In this document: in pieces, positions 49,961 to 63,280 of the stretch
How the letters are laid out: the number at the start of each line of letters is the position of its first letter
Position numbering within the stretch: the first letter of the stretch is position 1
NCBI RefSeq assembly: GCF_018977255.1
Contig: NW_024704743.1
Coordinates: 67,954,001 to 68,018,000, forward strand
DNA from: Callorhinchus milii
Taxonomy: Eukaryota
DNA: 64,000 nucleotides
Direction of reading: 5' to 3'
Position numbers and translations under genes: made by a program
Notes under the pieces: model-generated
Databases searched by the model: none
The model's input: the letters and a program-made list of their open reading frames with translations, nothing else
Told to the model about the DNA's origin: nothing

Positions 49961-51459
49961 TAAGTGTAATATTATTTGACTTGGTACCTTATGATAGTAG
50001 CAAACTTTTGAAAAATGCCAGATATGACTCAGGATTACTAAAACCTTAAAGGTAATGGATGGAACAAGTCATTTTCAATGACAGGTTCTTCATCACCAGC
50101 AAATAGGATGTAATAACAACCGCAAAAGAGCATATATTAATGATACAGCACAACCAATATATATATATATACCTATATTCATCACACTTGGGGCCTCTAC
50201 AGGAATTGGCTGCCAATTTAAGTTTAAAATGTAATTGCTTGTATTGTGAATTAGCAAGGAGAGAAAAGCCATTTGGTAAAATGCAGCACCATGCTCCATC
50301 ATCCAGATCCTCTTTCAGCAGATGATCCAACAATTTCTAGTTAATCTTCTTCCCATCCCAAATACAAATATTGCCATCTACAGCAGAATTGGGAATTGAT
50401 CAAATTCCCCTTTGGAAGCTTCAGTTGAGTCAGTATTGTACCAGGATGTAGTCTATTCAATAAGTCAATGACTCGAAGCATAGATATTTCTTGAACTAAT
50501 CTTAGCTCACAGCTTCCTCAATTCATATTCATGTCCTTGTTTTTTCTATCCTGTTTTTTCACAAAATATCCTCCTAAATCCACATCATCAATTTGCTTCC
50601 TTATTGTAAAAATGTGGATCACATCCTTCCTTTTAATCCTCTTTTCTACAGATTTAGATAACAAATTCAGCTGCCTTAGCCGCTCTTCATAGCTCAATGA
50701 TTTAAAACCTGGAATACACCATTTGCCTTTTATGAATCACATTGGGACACAATGCAGGTGGCTTCATTGATATGTTAAAATGCCACATCATTGTAAGTGT
50801 ATCCATTCCACGAATCTGCTTATACAAACCCAAACAAATTTGTTTAATTTGTCTTTGCAATTGTTCGTTTGCACCATCTTGATATGTTCAATAGTTGATT
50901 AAATAATAATTCTTACATTTGATAATTTCATGACGGGAGGATGTCTCAAAGCACTTCACTTCCTAGCAAAATTTAGTGACTGTATGGGTGAACACATCAG
51001 CCAATTGGTGCACAACAATGTTCCACAAACTGCAATTGAATATTCCACAGCCCTAGTTTCCAAAATAATATAGAACATTGAGATTTTATTTTTAATACCT
51101 TCAGTAAGAAAATTAATTTATGTTTTGACCCTCAAGATCTAATCAGTAGATTTAACAGCATTTCAGAAAATGTTCTGGAAAAGCATTTAACAAAATAAAT
51201 GATGCTGTACCTAAAACAACAGATGGGCAATTAATTGCTTTTGGAGTAACACTAGCTTATAATACATTTTATACTAAAAATCCCATATGCTCAAAAACAT
51301 AGCTGTTCAAATATCAGGGAACTGAACATGCAATTCTACAGCAGTTATCAGTGATAAATTAATTGCAATATCATTGAAAGTGCAAATAAATTAGGGCTAA
51401 AAACTAGCTTTCAGAACATTTTTTTGTTCTCCCAATGTAAAATGTGACTAAACCTTTAC

Positions 51460-51628
51460 TAATAATATTTACATTTGATATAGCATCCTTCGCATCAGGA
51501 GGAGGTCTCAAAAAACTTCAAGAGATTTACTGTAAAGTGTAGTGACTGCGTATTTTGTGGGTGAACGCAGAGCCAATTTGTACACAGCAATGATCTACAA
51601 ACAGCTATGAAGTGAATGACCAATTTCT
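51460..51628 (-). mobile_element. Deu-type SINE 3' portion
   Basis: CATTTGATATAGCA..GCAGAGCCAATTTGTACACAGCAATG..GAATGACCAATTT. Confidence 0.8.
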
Positions 51629-52374
51629 TAGCAAAAGACAGAAAGGAGCAAAGACTGAAATGAGTTCTCAGCATCATCACTTTCAACCAAAACAAAAGCA
51701 GGAGCCTTAGAAAGGCTCCGCGGGTTGACAACATCTAAAAGAGAAAGCTGGGTTTATGTCTCAGATGAGAACACTTCAGTACTGACCCAAAACATTAGCC
51801 AATCTCTCCCCTTTAGATGCTAATACACCTGCTGTGCCTTTCCAGAGTTTCTGGTTCTTATTCCAGTTTCCAGCAGCTACAGTGATTTTTTTCATCATAG
51901 CTTTAAACAACATAGGCAGAAAATGCCCCAGAGAGAAAATAACGTTAATCATTTTCACACTTCGTTTCATGCAATTTGGGGGATTTTTTAATGTGAGATT
52001 CTGTTTGCACCTTTGAAAATCTTGATACGAGTTGTTTTCTTCTGTTCACTCTTTTGTTGGAGGGCATTTAGTGGATTTACATACAAAAAGCAATACATAC
52101 TTTCTTTTAACAAAATTACCTAACATTTCAGGGAAAAAGCCAAAATTATTGACATTGGAAACAGAGACAAATCGATTGACATACATTTTAAAGACATTGG
52201 ATTTTAATGAGCTCATTACGACATGAAAATTGATTTGAACTGGTAGCTACTAATCATGCAAATGTGACATTTACATATTTGAAAATCATATTCAGAACTT
52301 GTGTTGCTGAATTATGTACTCCCAAAACAGCACAGTCACTGCACTACAGTATGCCTTGTGCAACACTTTGAGAC

Positions 52375-52512
52375 TTCTAAGGGATAAAGGGATTAAGGGA
52401 TATGGGAATAGGGCGGGTAAATGGAATTAGGTTAGAAGATCAGCCATGATCTTATTAAATGGCAGGGCAGGCTCAAGGGGCCGAATGGCCTACTCCTGCT
52501 CCAACATCTTAT
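52375..52512 (+). mobile_element. CR1 3' tail
   Basis: GGGATTAAGGGATATGGG..GATCAGCCATGATCTTATT..GGGGCCGAATGGCCTACTCCTGCTCC. Confidence 0.9.
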
Positions 52513-52729
52513 GGAGACATCTCGATGATGTGATAACGGGCCATAATAAGTGCAGATATTATTTTTACACAATTTTATGTATTTTAGGTGACGTGTTTGT
52601 CTACCTAATACATAGTCACTAAACTTCACAATAAAATCATATGAAGCACTTTAAGACGTTTCTACAACTTAAGGCGTTATATCAAATGCAAGGATTAATT
52701 AATTATCATAACCATAATAATAATAAATG

Positions 52730-53668
52730 TAAGCAGATGATTTCCAGCTCTCTCTGCCTTCACCCTTGAGACTCCTGCTGTTCTGACTGATTGCCTACCA
52801 GACACCAAGAACTGGAAGAGAGCTAACATTCTTCCGTTGAATGTTGATAAAACAGAGGGCCTCCTGCTCCTCTCCATCGGTGCCTTGTCATCTAAGAGCG
52901 CTGACAGCATCAATCTACATGGATGCACACAGACCCAGTAAGGAACTTTGGCACTTTGTTTGACTCTGAACTGTCCTTAAACCACACTCTGTGCCCTGAC
53001 CCATTTAGCATTCCCCCACCTCCACAACATTGCCCACCTCCGCCACTACCTCTCTCCTCAGGTTTCCAAGACCCTTATCATCATGTCCAGGCTAAACTAT
53101 GCCAACTGTCTGCTTGCTGGACCTCTCAATTATTTCCTTCATAAACTGCAGACACTCCAGAACCCTGCAGTTTGTGTTCTCTCACGCACTAGGCTCTGTG
53201 AGGCTGTCAACCATATCCGTGCCTGGCTCTGCTGGCAAAGGAATTAGTTCAAGATCCTCAACCTCACTTTCAAATCCCTCCACACTCTTGCCCACTCTGC
53301 TACATGTTAAAATCCTACCAATCCGCCTGCTCCCTCCACTCGGCAGCAGTGACCTGCCTTATGTACCCAACCTTGCCAGCCCTGCCATCAGCAGTTAAGC
53401 TTTCAGCCTTTATGCCCCCACTCTCTGGGACTCCATTCGGAGTTCCTTTGCCTCACCCCTTCCCTCAACTCCTTCAAGATCTGTGTCAAGACATTCTTCT
53501 TTGACCGTGCCTTCGGTCATCTTCCCTCCCTAGCCGCCAGCCCCATGCCCCCGAATTCTCCCACCCCCACCCTGCTCAGGTGTAAACTCTCAACTTCCAG
53601 CACCTTGGGACGACCTCCCAATGGGAAAGATACCACATAAATGCAACTTTTGTTGTTGCCGTTGTTGT
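52730..53668 (+). mobile_element. Decayed L2 RT to 3' end
   Basis: GCAGATGAT (ADD), PVRNFGTLFDSELS, GGGACGACCTCCC..(TGT)n tail. Confidence 0.88.
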
Positions 53669-54582
53669 AAGAAAGCCAAATTATCAGCAAAACTACAGCA
53701 ATGTCCCCAGTTTGGATATATTTTGAATCAAATTCCAAACTAATAAGAACATACGAATTAGGAGCAGGAGTAGGCCATTGGGCCCCTATCAGCCTCAGCC
53801 TTGAATGGCAAGAGGCTTTCTCCTCACACAACAAAAATAATTTCAAAATGGTAATAACCTCTCCAGCTTTCAATGGCGATTGATGGGATAATCACTAAAG
53901 TTGCACAAAGTTTGTGTGTGAGTGAGAAAGCAATGTGTTTGCAAAGATACCACATCTCTTGCACAGATGTTAAATCACTTCACACAGTGCATCTGTAACT
54001 AATGATAATCATACTCTCTTGACAGATTTAATTGTTGGGTCAGGACTTTCTCTTGCCAACAGGTATTAAGAAACCTTTTGAAACAACAAAGGCTTGACAC
54101 AGGTTGTTTTATTTTTATCACAATTTAGTGGCAGTTTTCATTGGAGCTCAAAAAAACCAAATTAAGTATAATGTAGGAAAATGTGAAGTAATGCACTTGA
54201 GCAGGAAAAATAAAGAAGCCGTTTATATTCTAGATCAGGGTGTCAAACATACCCTGATGGCGGTCCGCCCATCAGTTTCTAAGATTGCACTGATGTGCTG
54301 TACTGGAATTTTTCTTTAAACTACCCCTCCTCTTTTTAAACAAAACACGTATATTCAAACTTGGACACTGCATTGCATGAATAACATTTCCATTAAGCCA
54401 ATGACAGCTCACAGAGTTTATCAAAATAATTAAATCAGATGGAGCACAGACTGTGTTTGCTCATGTACACATGTAACAGCACACAACTAGCATTGAGTAG
54501 TATAGCAAACAAAGGCATATTACAACTGTGTTCCTTTGACTTTGTATTACATTTAAAATAAGTTGCCATAATGTAGTTTGAG

Positions 54583-55270
54583 ATGTCATGGAAGTGAAAG
54601 CTACAGGAAGAACATTGGAGATTCCAAGATAGTTGGACAGATGATTATTTTTTCATTGAATGTTACTCCAAGGCAACATGTTTGATATGCAATGCAGCTG
54701 TTGCAGTTATGAAAGATTATAAACATAAAATGGCACTCTGACATACTGCACAAAGCAAAATATTGAGAGTGTACTGGAAATGTTCATACTGCGAAAATCA
54801 CAAAGATGAAAGAAGCCATGAAGTTTTAACAAAATACTTTTCTGAACATGACAAAAATAGTAGAAGAGCTGTAGAGGCCAGTTTTACTGTTAGGAAAGAG
54901 ATTGCATGTGCTGGTGAAACCATTTTCAGATAGCGATTTTGTTAATAGTGTGTGCAGGCTTAAAACAACCAATGTAGTCTGTCCTGAAAAAGGACAATGT
55001 TTTTCAAATGTCAGTTTGTCGCGTAACATGATTACTGAGTTAATTACCAAAACAGCATCTTATATTAAACCCACAAATATACAGTAATTCACTTTGCAGT
55101 ATATTCTGTGAAGCACTTTGAGAGATCTAGAAGACGTGAAAAGCACTATATCAAATGCAAGGATTATTATTATTATTATTATAAACCTCAACTTAAAGAA
55201 AAAGCCAGGGAGTTCTGTGTATTTTCAATCACCTTGGATGAGAGCACAGATATTGACACAGCCCAACTTC
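54583..55270 (+). pseudogene. hAT transposase N-terminal remnant (zinc-finger-like region to first catalytic Asp)
   Basis: MSWK*KLQEEHWRFQDSWTDDYFFIECYSKATCLICNAAVAVMKDY..KPFSDSDFV..VCPEKGQCFSNVSLSRNMITE..[SINE]..QLKEKAREFCVFSITLDESTDIDTAQL. Confidence 0.88.
55071..55182 (+). mobile_element. 5'-truncated SINE inserted in the transposase remnant
   Basis: CCACAAATATACAG..GAAGCACTTTGAGA..CAAATGCAAGG(ATT)n; TAAAC at both junctions. Confidence 0.9.
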
Positions 55271-56294
55271 ATGCAAATTGATATATTTGAACAAATATAC
55301 ATACAGTCACTGTAGACTTTTTCAACTACAGTTTAATGTGTAATTTTTTTTTACAGTGTAAAGTGGACAGTGTTAACTTAAATGGGCCTTGTGGCCAGAT
55401 GAGTTTGACATCCCTGGTTGAGATGATAGGAAGAAGTAGAGGAGCAAAAGATCCACAAATCCCTAAAATAGCTACACAGGTAATAAGAGTATTAAAAAAA
55501 AAGCCCTATAGCGTCTTGGCTTTATATCCAAAGGGATACAAAGGAATACAAAAGTGAGGAAATGATGTGGAATTTATACAAAACCGTGCTTAGACCACAT
55601 TTGGAGCAGTGTGTCCAATTCTAGTCTCCAAGCTAGAAAAGGGATATAGCAGCGATGGAATGAGTACAGAGTAGGTTTACAAGGATGATACCAGAGCTGC
55701 CAGGTTACTGCCATCAGGATAGACTGAATAGGTTAGGCATTTTTTCGCTAGAGACGAGATGCTTAAGGGGGGAATCTAATAGAAGTGTTTAAAGTGAGAA
55801 AAGGATTCAATAAAGTTAACATAAATAGGCTGTTTCCACTGGATGATGAGTCTATAATTAGCGGACACAAATGTAGGATTGCGACTAGGGGAATCTAAAA
55901 GAGAAGTTAACTGGAGCTACTTCATGTAGAGGGTAGGGAGACTGGTGAATTCACTACCTGAAGCGGTGGTTGAATCAGATAGTAACGATGCATTCAAGAG
56001 TAAGCTAGAACTTCACATATGGGAGGGGGTAAAGGAATGGGTAAAAACTCATGTGGAGTATAAACACTGGTACAAACTGGATGGGCTGAATGGCCTGCTT
56101 CTGTGCTGTACATTCTTTATTAAAACAAATGTACTATTCCTTTGTTACAACCGCAAATTTTATTGAATATAATGTTTGCACAGAACAAGAGATTGATCGT
56201 CATAAACAAAGATATGTTTGGGGATACACTGAACCTCAAAATACCTTAATCAGTGGCAAGCATTTAGCTTTCTGAATACAAGTTGACACAGAAC

Positions 56295-56765
56295 TTCATG
56301 GCTGTTTGTGGGACATTGTTGTGCACAGCCTAGCTGCTGTGTTTGCCTACAAGGTACACAATCACTTACAATATATCCTGTAAAGTATATCCTTTGAATT
56401 CTGTCTTAGTCTCACTCCACCCTAACTCTGCAACCTCCTTCAACCCTACTATCCAGCTGCTCCCTTCGCTTGGCAAGCACTGGTCTGTTTCATGTCCCAC
56501 TTCTTATCTGCCCCATCAATCGGCGAAGAGAGCTTCCAGCCATTCTCCGCTCTCTGGAACAGCATCCCAGAGTTCCTCTGACTCACTCCTCCCTCCTCTC
56601 CTTCAAGGCACATCTAAAAATGTACCTCTTTGACAGCACATTCGGTTATCTTTCCCCTCTTTATCGGCTCCCAACCCTAGCTCAGGTGCCATCCAGCTCT
56701 GTGAAGCACTTTTAGGCAACCTCCAAATATGAAAGGCCCTATATCAAATGCGAAGATTATTATTA
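56295..56765 (+). mobile_element. Deu-SINE piece joined to an older L2 3' fragment
   Basis: TGTTTGTGGGACATTG.., then CTCTGGAACAGCATCCC..CTTCAAGGCACATCT..GAAAGGCCCTATATCAAATG. Confidence 0.7.
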
Positions 56766-56851
56766 GAAATTTAGCAACCTTTGGATGAAAACCCCGTTGG
56801 TGGTAAGTATAGCTCCTTTGATGATGCACAATTATAATGGGCAAATACCAT

Positions 56852-57057
56852 TAATAATAATAATCCTTGCATTTGATATAGCGCTTTTCATGTCGGGAGG
56901 ACGTCTCAAAGCGCTTCACAGAATATACTGTAAAGTGAATTGACTGTATATTTGTGGGTGAACGCGGCAGCCAATTGCGCACAGCAATGTCCCACAAACA
57001 GTAGTGGATTGAAAATGACCAATTTTTTTATTATTGTTTTTTTTTTGGAGGGATTAC
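56852..57057 (-). mobile_element. Young SINE, 5'-truncated
   Basis: Nearly identical to the 3' two-thirds of 21126-21450. Confidence 0.92.
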
Positions 57058-58189
57058 TAGTGGCTGACATCACCAAACAGAACCCCAAACAGAATTGAAG
57101 TACACTTGAAGGGTAAGCACGTCAGATATTCCATTAGTCCGTAACATGCTTTGGTTTTGTCAGTTAATACCTCAACTAGAAAATCCCATTATAAACTCAA
57201 TCCAAAAAGGCCACTAAGTTTACCAACCAGGATAGACTAAGCCTCAATATCTTTCCACCAATTGACTTTTAATAGACTTCACTGACTACTACTGAATACC
57301 ATGTTTTGCTCATGTAACAATGATGCTCTGGTTTAACACTATCCAAATAATGCTCTGGCTGCAAAAAAGTTTTCGCTCTCCATGAAAAATGCCAAACAAT
57401 CTTTTATGTTTCCACAGAGAATTAAGGAGGACAAATCAGATTTATTTTAAAAAAGAAATATTTTCTTTAGTTGGTCACTGATGATAACCGAATAGGCAAA
57501 ATGACCTCAATATAAATTGGCAAAAAAGTGTTTCTATAAGTGATTTGGAGCTTCTATCAGTAAGCACATTATCCTTCACTTCAGAGTCCAACAAGGCCAC
57601 TGAGTTTGAGTAAAATATTTAATAAATGCCATAAGTGATACGAATAAAATGGAGTTAATAGATTTGATAAGCAGACTGATTTCTACAACTCTGAACACTT
57701 TTATACCGTCAGTCTCCTTCCTCTCTCCATCAACTGCAGGAATTATGTGAAATGGGTTTTTGCAGTCTGAATCCAGTGCAATGATGAGTACAGTGCTAAA
57801 ATGACAATCACATTCAGAAAGCTCATAAGGCTGGTGTGGGAAAACGAAACATTCACCTAGGTAGGACAGGCCATTTCTAAAGACGCGATTAAGGCCACTT
57901 AGTTGCGATAGGGAGCATTCACATTTTACATATAGAATGGGTAATGTGGCCCTCACCAAGCAATTTTACTTTGGCCAGCTGGGTGTTTTACACATATAAA
58001 AAAGCAACCTTCAACAAGCTTCAGAGTATCCAAAATTTGATGGTTTTTGACATTTATATATAGCAAGAAACTTGGCAGAGTGATTTCAGTGACGAGCTGT
58101 GCAGTTTTAACTGGTTGAGCTTCAGCAGTTACCAATGCACACTTTGGAGCCCCCAAGCCTTGGTTCTTGCCAATTGCACATTCTTGAAT

Positions 58190-58330
58190 TAGGTAAGAGA
58201 GTGTGCATTGCATTCCAGACACAGGGAATTAGGGTTGGTACCAGACATGTGTAGAACCAGTCTGGTTTGGACACTTTTAAATATAGTAACAGCTTCCTGC
58301 AGTAATTCTATGCGTCAGATACCCATCTGA
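58190..58330 (-). repeat. Unclassified old dispersed repeat, family X (diverged copy)
   Basis: GAGAGTGTGCATTGCATTCCAGA..CAGTCTGGTTTGGACAC..ATGCGTCAGATAC. Confidence 0.6.
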
Positions 58331-59014
58331 TTACAATATATACAGAAAAGTATAAAATAGAATAGAACTAACGGTTAAAGTAAGGTTCAAGTATGAAAAA
58401 TAAATTAAGAACATGAACTCAACACGCAAACCACTGCCAATGCACCTCAATGATTTATTCTTCATAACTAAACTGCACAACTTGTATAGAATACCTTTGG
58501 AGAATTAGAGAAACATTTTATTCAAATATATTTTTTCTTAGATGTGTGAATAAAACATATTTGCTTTTCAGCTTAATCTTCTGAAATGGTTTAAATAATG
58601 CTTTCAAACCAGTATATTTTAATGATCCGTCATGGGGTTAGTTTACATAGTTGTGTGTAGACTCATTGGCACTTAAAAGGAACAATCCAGAACAGAGCCC
58701 TACCAATATTTATGTTCCAGTTATTAGCAAAATATTCTCTTGCATGTAACCAAGCACTACTGTGTCATCTCCCCAAGCCCAAAAATCAAATAAAGCTATG
58801 CATTTCCAACAAATATTGGAGCCCATCACTGATGGGTCTCATCCTGGACTACTCACTTAAATATATGAATATAAAAGCACTCCGAAACACTACCCCAAGT
58901 AAAGGGTACAATATAAATGCAAGATAATGTTATATATAAATTTTATAATTGGCAGTACATGAGAGTTACAGTAAGGATTCCTCTTTAACATATCAGTGAA
59001 GGTTCAATGGATCG

Positions 59015-59325
59015 GGAGTCCTGTAGCTCAGTGGTTAGAGCACTCGCTTTGCAAGCGAGAGACCTGAGTTCAATTCCAGGCACAGGGCGAAACCTTGGGC
59101 AAGTTTCCTTACTCCACACGCCTAATAATAATCCCTCCAAAAAACCAAACAATAATAAATTGGTCATTTTCAATCCATGACTGTGGGACATTGCTGTGCG
59201 CAATTGGCTGCCGCGTTCGCCCACAAATATACAGTCAATTCACTTTACAGTATATTCGGTGAAGCGCTTTGGGACGTCTAGAAGATGTGAAAAGCGCTAT
59301 ATCAAATGCAGGGATTATTATTATT
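59015..59325 (+). mobile_element. Young full-length Deu-type SINE, TSD ATCG
   Basis: Same sequence as the 16947 copy but with the GGGACGTCTAGAAGATGTG tail variant. ATCG at 59011-59014 and 59326-59329. Confidence 0.96.
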
Positions 59326-59536
59326 ATCGAAAGGCCTATTCATATTTGGTGAGCAGTAAAACAACAGGCCCATGTTGACCAAATATGTTTAAACACTTGT
59401 CAATATTTAGAATGTCAAAAGTCAGAGAGCCAGATATATAAATCAGGTTAATAACAAATTATATAAATACAGTATATATCACTGGGACTTCATCTGGACT
59501 GAAGCTTTTTACTTTAATCCCCACTGATGGGATGTT

Positions 59537-61310
59537 CAACAACATCAAAATTACATTTGTAAATCACCTTTCACATCAGGAGGATGTCCCAAATGTCAGG
59601 ACCCGAGTGTGGGGAACAGGGTTGGGATGAGGGAGGGCAGAGGGGGTAGGAGGGCGACTGAAGGCACAGTCACAAAGGAGGGTCTTGAGTCATGCCTTGA
59701 AGGAGACAAGAGAGGGAACAAGGCAAAGGGATTGTAGGATGGAGTTCCAAAGAATGGGGGCAGAGAGGGTGAAAGCCTGGCCACCAATGGAAGGGTGGGT
59801 CGGGAGGGAGACTTGGAGCAGGCCAGAGCCTGCTGAGCAGAGGGAGCGGACAGGTTGATAGGGGGTCAGCAGGTTAGAGATGTAGGAGGGGGAAAAGGCT
59901 GTGGAGGACTTTGAAGGCAAGGACGAGGATTTTGAATTCTATCCTCTGAAGGATGAGGTCCAGTGGAGACCGGCAAGGGTGGGGGCAATAGGGTCACGGA
60001 GTCTGGTGCGGGAGAGAACATGAGCTGGATGATCTGTAGCTTGTGGAGGGAAGAGTTGGAGAGGCCGACAAGGAGGGAGTTTCTGTACTCGAGCCTTGTG
60101 GTGATGAATGCATGTATGAGGGATTCGGCGACCTGAAGGGTGAGGCAGTGGCGGAGTCGGGCAACGTTGCGGAGGTGGGGAAGGCAGAGTGGGCCATGGC
60201 ACAGATATGGGGAGAAAGGATAGTTGAGGGTCAAACACGACGCCCAGGTTCCTAACTGGCTTGGTGAGGTGGAGTGTGCATCCATGGATGCTGATGCTGC
60301 CAGTGAGGTGCTGAGACCCTGGCGCGAGCTAAGCAGGAGGGCCTCAGTCTTGCTGACATTCAGCTGTAGAAAGTTAGCTCTCATCCAGGACTTGATGTCT
60401 GCCAGACAGTCTGTCAGGACATCAGTTGTCTTGGAATCGAGGGTGGAGGCAGAGAGATAGAGTTGGCTGTCATCCGCGTACATGTGGAAGTTGACCCCAT
60501 GTCTGCGGATGATGTCACCAATGGGAAGCATGTAGAGGTTGAAGAGGAGGGGACCGAGAACAGAGACCTGAGGAACACCACACAAGACTGTGCGGGGGCT
60601 GGAAGAAAAACTGTTGGCAGAGACAAATTTTAGACGGTGTGAGAGATAAAAACTGAACTATTCAAGGACCGAACCTTGAAAGTTGAGGTGAGAGGAGAAG
60701 CAGTGGAGGAGGATGGAGTGGTCCACAGTATTGAAGGCAGCAAAGAGGTCGAAGAGAATGATGAGGCAGAGGGAGCCCTGGTCACAGATGGACAAAATGT
60801 AATTTGTCATCTTGACCAGAGCAGTTTCCGTGCTGTGAGCAGCATGGAAACCCGATTGGAGGGGCACGTGAAGGGAGTGGTAGGAGAGGCATGAGCAAAA
60901 CAACGTCTCTTTAAAGGACCTTCGAAAGAAAAGGGAGGTTGGAGATAGGCTAGTAGTTACAAGGCAGGAATGGATCCAGGAAAGGTATTTTCAGGATGGA
61001 GGTGATTGTAGCTATTTTTAGGGGGATGGAATTTAGATGAAAGGGAGAGATTGATAGTGTCGGAGTAAAGGGGCGAGGAGGTGGAGCTGGGAGGTAAGGA
61101 GAGGTATGGGGATAAGGGAGTGTGGGGGGGGTTTCATGCTGCATATGGTGGTGATGAGGGGTGGGGTGGCGGGGAGACAGGTTCAAAAATGTGGCGGGAG
61201 GGATGTATAGGGATTGGAGTGTGGGAGGGAGATGGGGAGGGAGTGATGGTTGGGAGGAGCGGAGGCAGCTGAACAGATCCCCTCAATTTTGGGGTTCAAG
61301 ATGAAGGGCA
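59537..61310 (-). mobile_element. 5'-truncated L2 LINE with RT domain (frameshifted)
   Basis: [66 protein letters not shown]2 tail at 59537. Confidence 0.95.
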
Positions 61311-63280
61311 AAATCTTTGGATGAGAGGTGAAGAGCAAATTTCCATAAAGATATGAAAGCAATGGACTTTGTTCCACATTTACAATACCAAGATTAAAAT
61401 AAAACTGACAGAAAAATAAACAGAACAAAACGCATGTCTGTTATCATACTTTACAGCTTGCAGCACAAGTACAACACTCAATAAATTGTTGAAATTTATT
61501 GCACCAGTGTGAGTTGCGTTGATCTTACTGACTCTTTTATTTATGGAATAAGTTATGGAGTCACTGGAGCCAGTGAGTATTCTCAATGTTTTCTCTTTTA
61601 TAGCTGATGATAGTCTATGATCGTAACCTGAAGTATTTGGAAGTAATCCCACTAAAGATGATATCGGTTTAAAGTGAGATCCGTGAATTTTCAACACACA
61701 CTTGTCTGGAACATAAGGGTAAAAGTAATGTCAATTAGCTAAAATTTCAAGCTTAGGAGAACTCTGACGTAGATTCAAGTCAGGATCAGAAAAGAGCAGA
61801 ACCCAGATGCTGTTCCCATAATTTGAAATGGGATAATGCACATCGAAATCAATGTTGTTAAGTTGATTTAAACCCCATGTACTTGAAAGTGCATAAATAT
61901 GGAGATACAAGATTGGGATTTACCACCAGATCATCATTCCATCACTTCTCTCTTCAGTCTCCTGAAGCAGCCAGAAGGGACCAATTAATCCCCATGGAAA
62001 ATAATGGCAGTTGGAGAAAGTACTGGGTGGAAAGAGATATTAGCACGATAACATTGTCTATTGATTGAACACTGACAGTGTGTTTGAAAGGCCAAACACT
62101 GAATACTGTCTAAATTTGCCACATTTAGCAATACAAGGTGAACTACTTGCTTTTTCCACCCCCCAATAAATTGTGTGTAATATATATATATATCCAATTT
62201 CCAGAAAATATGTGGTGCAGGCTGACAAGAGCCAAGGATTGCGGACTTGAGTTTCTTTCCTTACATCTTCAATTTATGTTTTTAAAACTCTAAATTATTA
62301 ACCAAGCACTTCTTGGCAATATCTAATTCACTGTCCTTTTTTCCTCTCAACTTGGCCTATCAAATGGGTTACTCAATAGACAAAAAAGGCTGAGAACCAT
62401 CAGCAAACTGATGGGAGTGACTGGTGTTAAGAAGCTAATATTATCATAAGCATCATCATGGTCCTGATGAAACACTTGAAATGGCTACATGATCACAAAG
62501 ACACACTACCGAATGTGTCATGAGCAGATTCAGAGAAAATCTTACAGAAGGATTAGCGCTTGTAGAATTCACTGTAAAACGATCAATGGATAATCCAGTC
62601 AGTTTATAGTATCATTTCTTGAAAACTATGATAAAAAATTTAATTCAGATAAGAACTTAGCATATTTGGTTCTCACAAGTAGATTTCTACAACAATAAGT
62701 TCTACTATAGACAATTACTAGAAACCTGTAGCTCAAGCTTTCACTTTTGTTGTCTGTTAACTCTTATCTCATGTACCTTCTGGGCATGTTTTGAGTTGGT
62801 GCACATGTGAAACAATCTGGATTTACCCAGGTTATTTCCAATAGCAAGAACGCACGAGGGAGATAGCTTGTCCCAAAAGTATATTACCAGATGTACACTG
62901 AAGCCAAATCGACAATGGAATCACATCAAACTGTGCAGTTTCCTGCTTTCTCTTGCTTAGAGTAGGGAAATCAATGGCACAGCCACAAAAATAACAGTGA
63001 CACAATAAACTAACAGCAGTAAAACGTTCTTGGGTCTTTATCACACAATAAAGCGCGGTTTGTACGGCTGGATTAATATCCTGAAGTGACGCTCGATTAC
63101 CTTCGGGAGTGGGTATAAAAGCAATGGAAAAGGTGCACCGTAGATTCATTAAGATGTTGGCAGTTATCAAGAAAGACTGGAGAATTTAGAGATTTTTCAC
63201 TAAAACAGAGAAATTTAAGGGGTGATTTGATAGTGATCTTCAAGAATGTGACAGTATAGCAAATAGATTTGTATCCGCTT

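Larger units (their letters stand above)
54236..55416 (+). mobile_element. Internally deleted hAT DNA transposon, Charlie/Buster (GTF2IRD2/SPIN-like) group
   Basis: TIRs CAGGGTGTCAAAC and GTTTGACATCCCTG. 5' flank TTCTAGAT fits the nTCTAGAn target; 3' flank GTTGAGAT matches at 5 of 8 positions. Transposase remnant inside. Confidence 0.9.
54158..56112 (+). mobile_element. CR1 LINE ORF2/3' fragment split by the hAT insertion (CR1 parts 54158-54235 and 55417-56112)
   Basis: Left part reads KYNVGKCEVMHLSRKNKEAVYILD. Right part has LYKTVLRPHLEQCVQF, NSLPEAVVESDSNDAFKSKL and the tail GGGCTGAATGGCCTGCTTCTGTGCTG. Confidence 0.88.

Noticed and set aside
59866..60585. Longest ORF (239 aa) as a functional gene
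   Set aside because: It is an L2 RT fragment with frameshifts, 5'-truncated, with no endonuclease domain.
61380..61697. 105-aa minus ORF and a GTGAGT...TTTTATAG mini-intron on the plus strand
   Set aside because: No recognisable domain. The apparent intron is only about 31 nt and the flanking frames close quickly.
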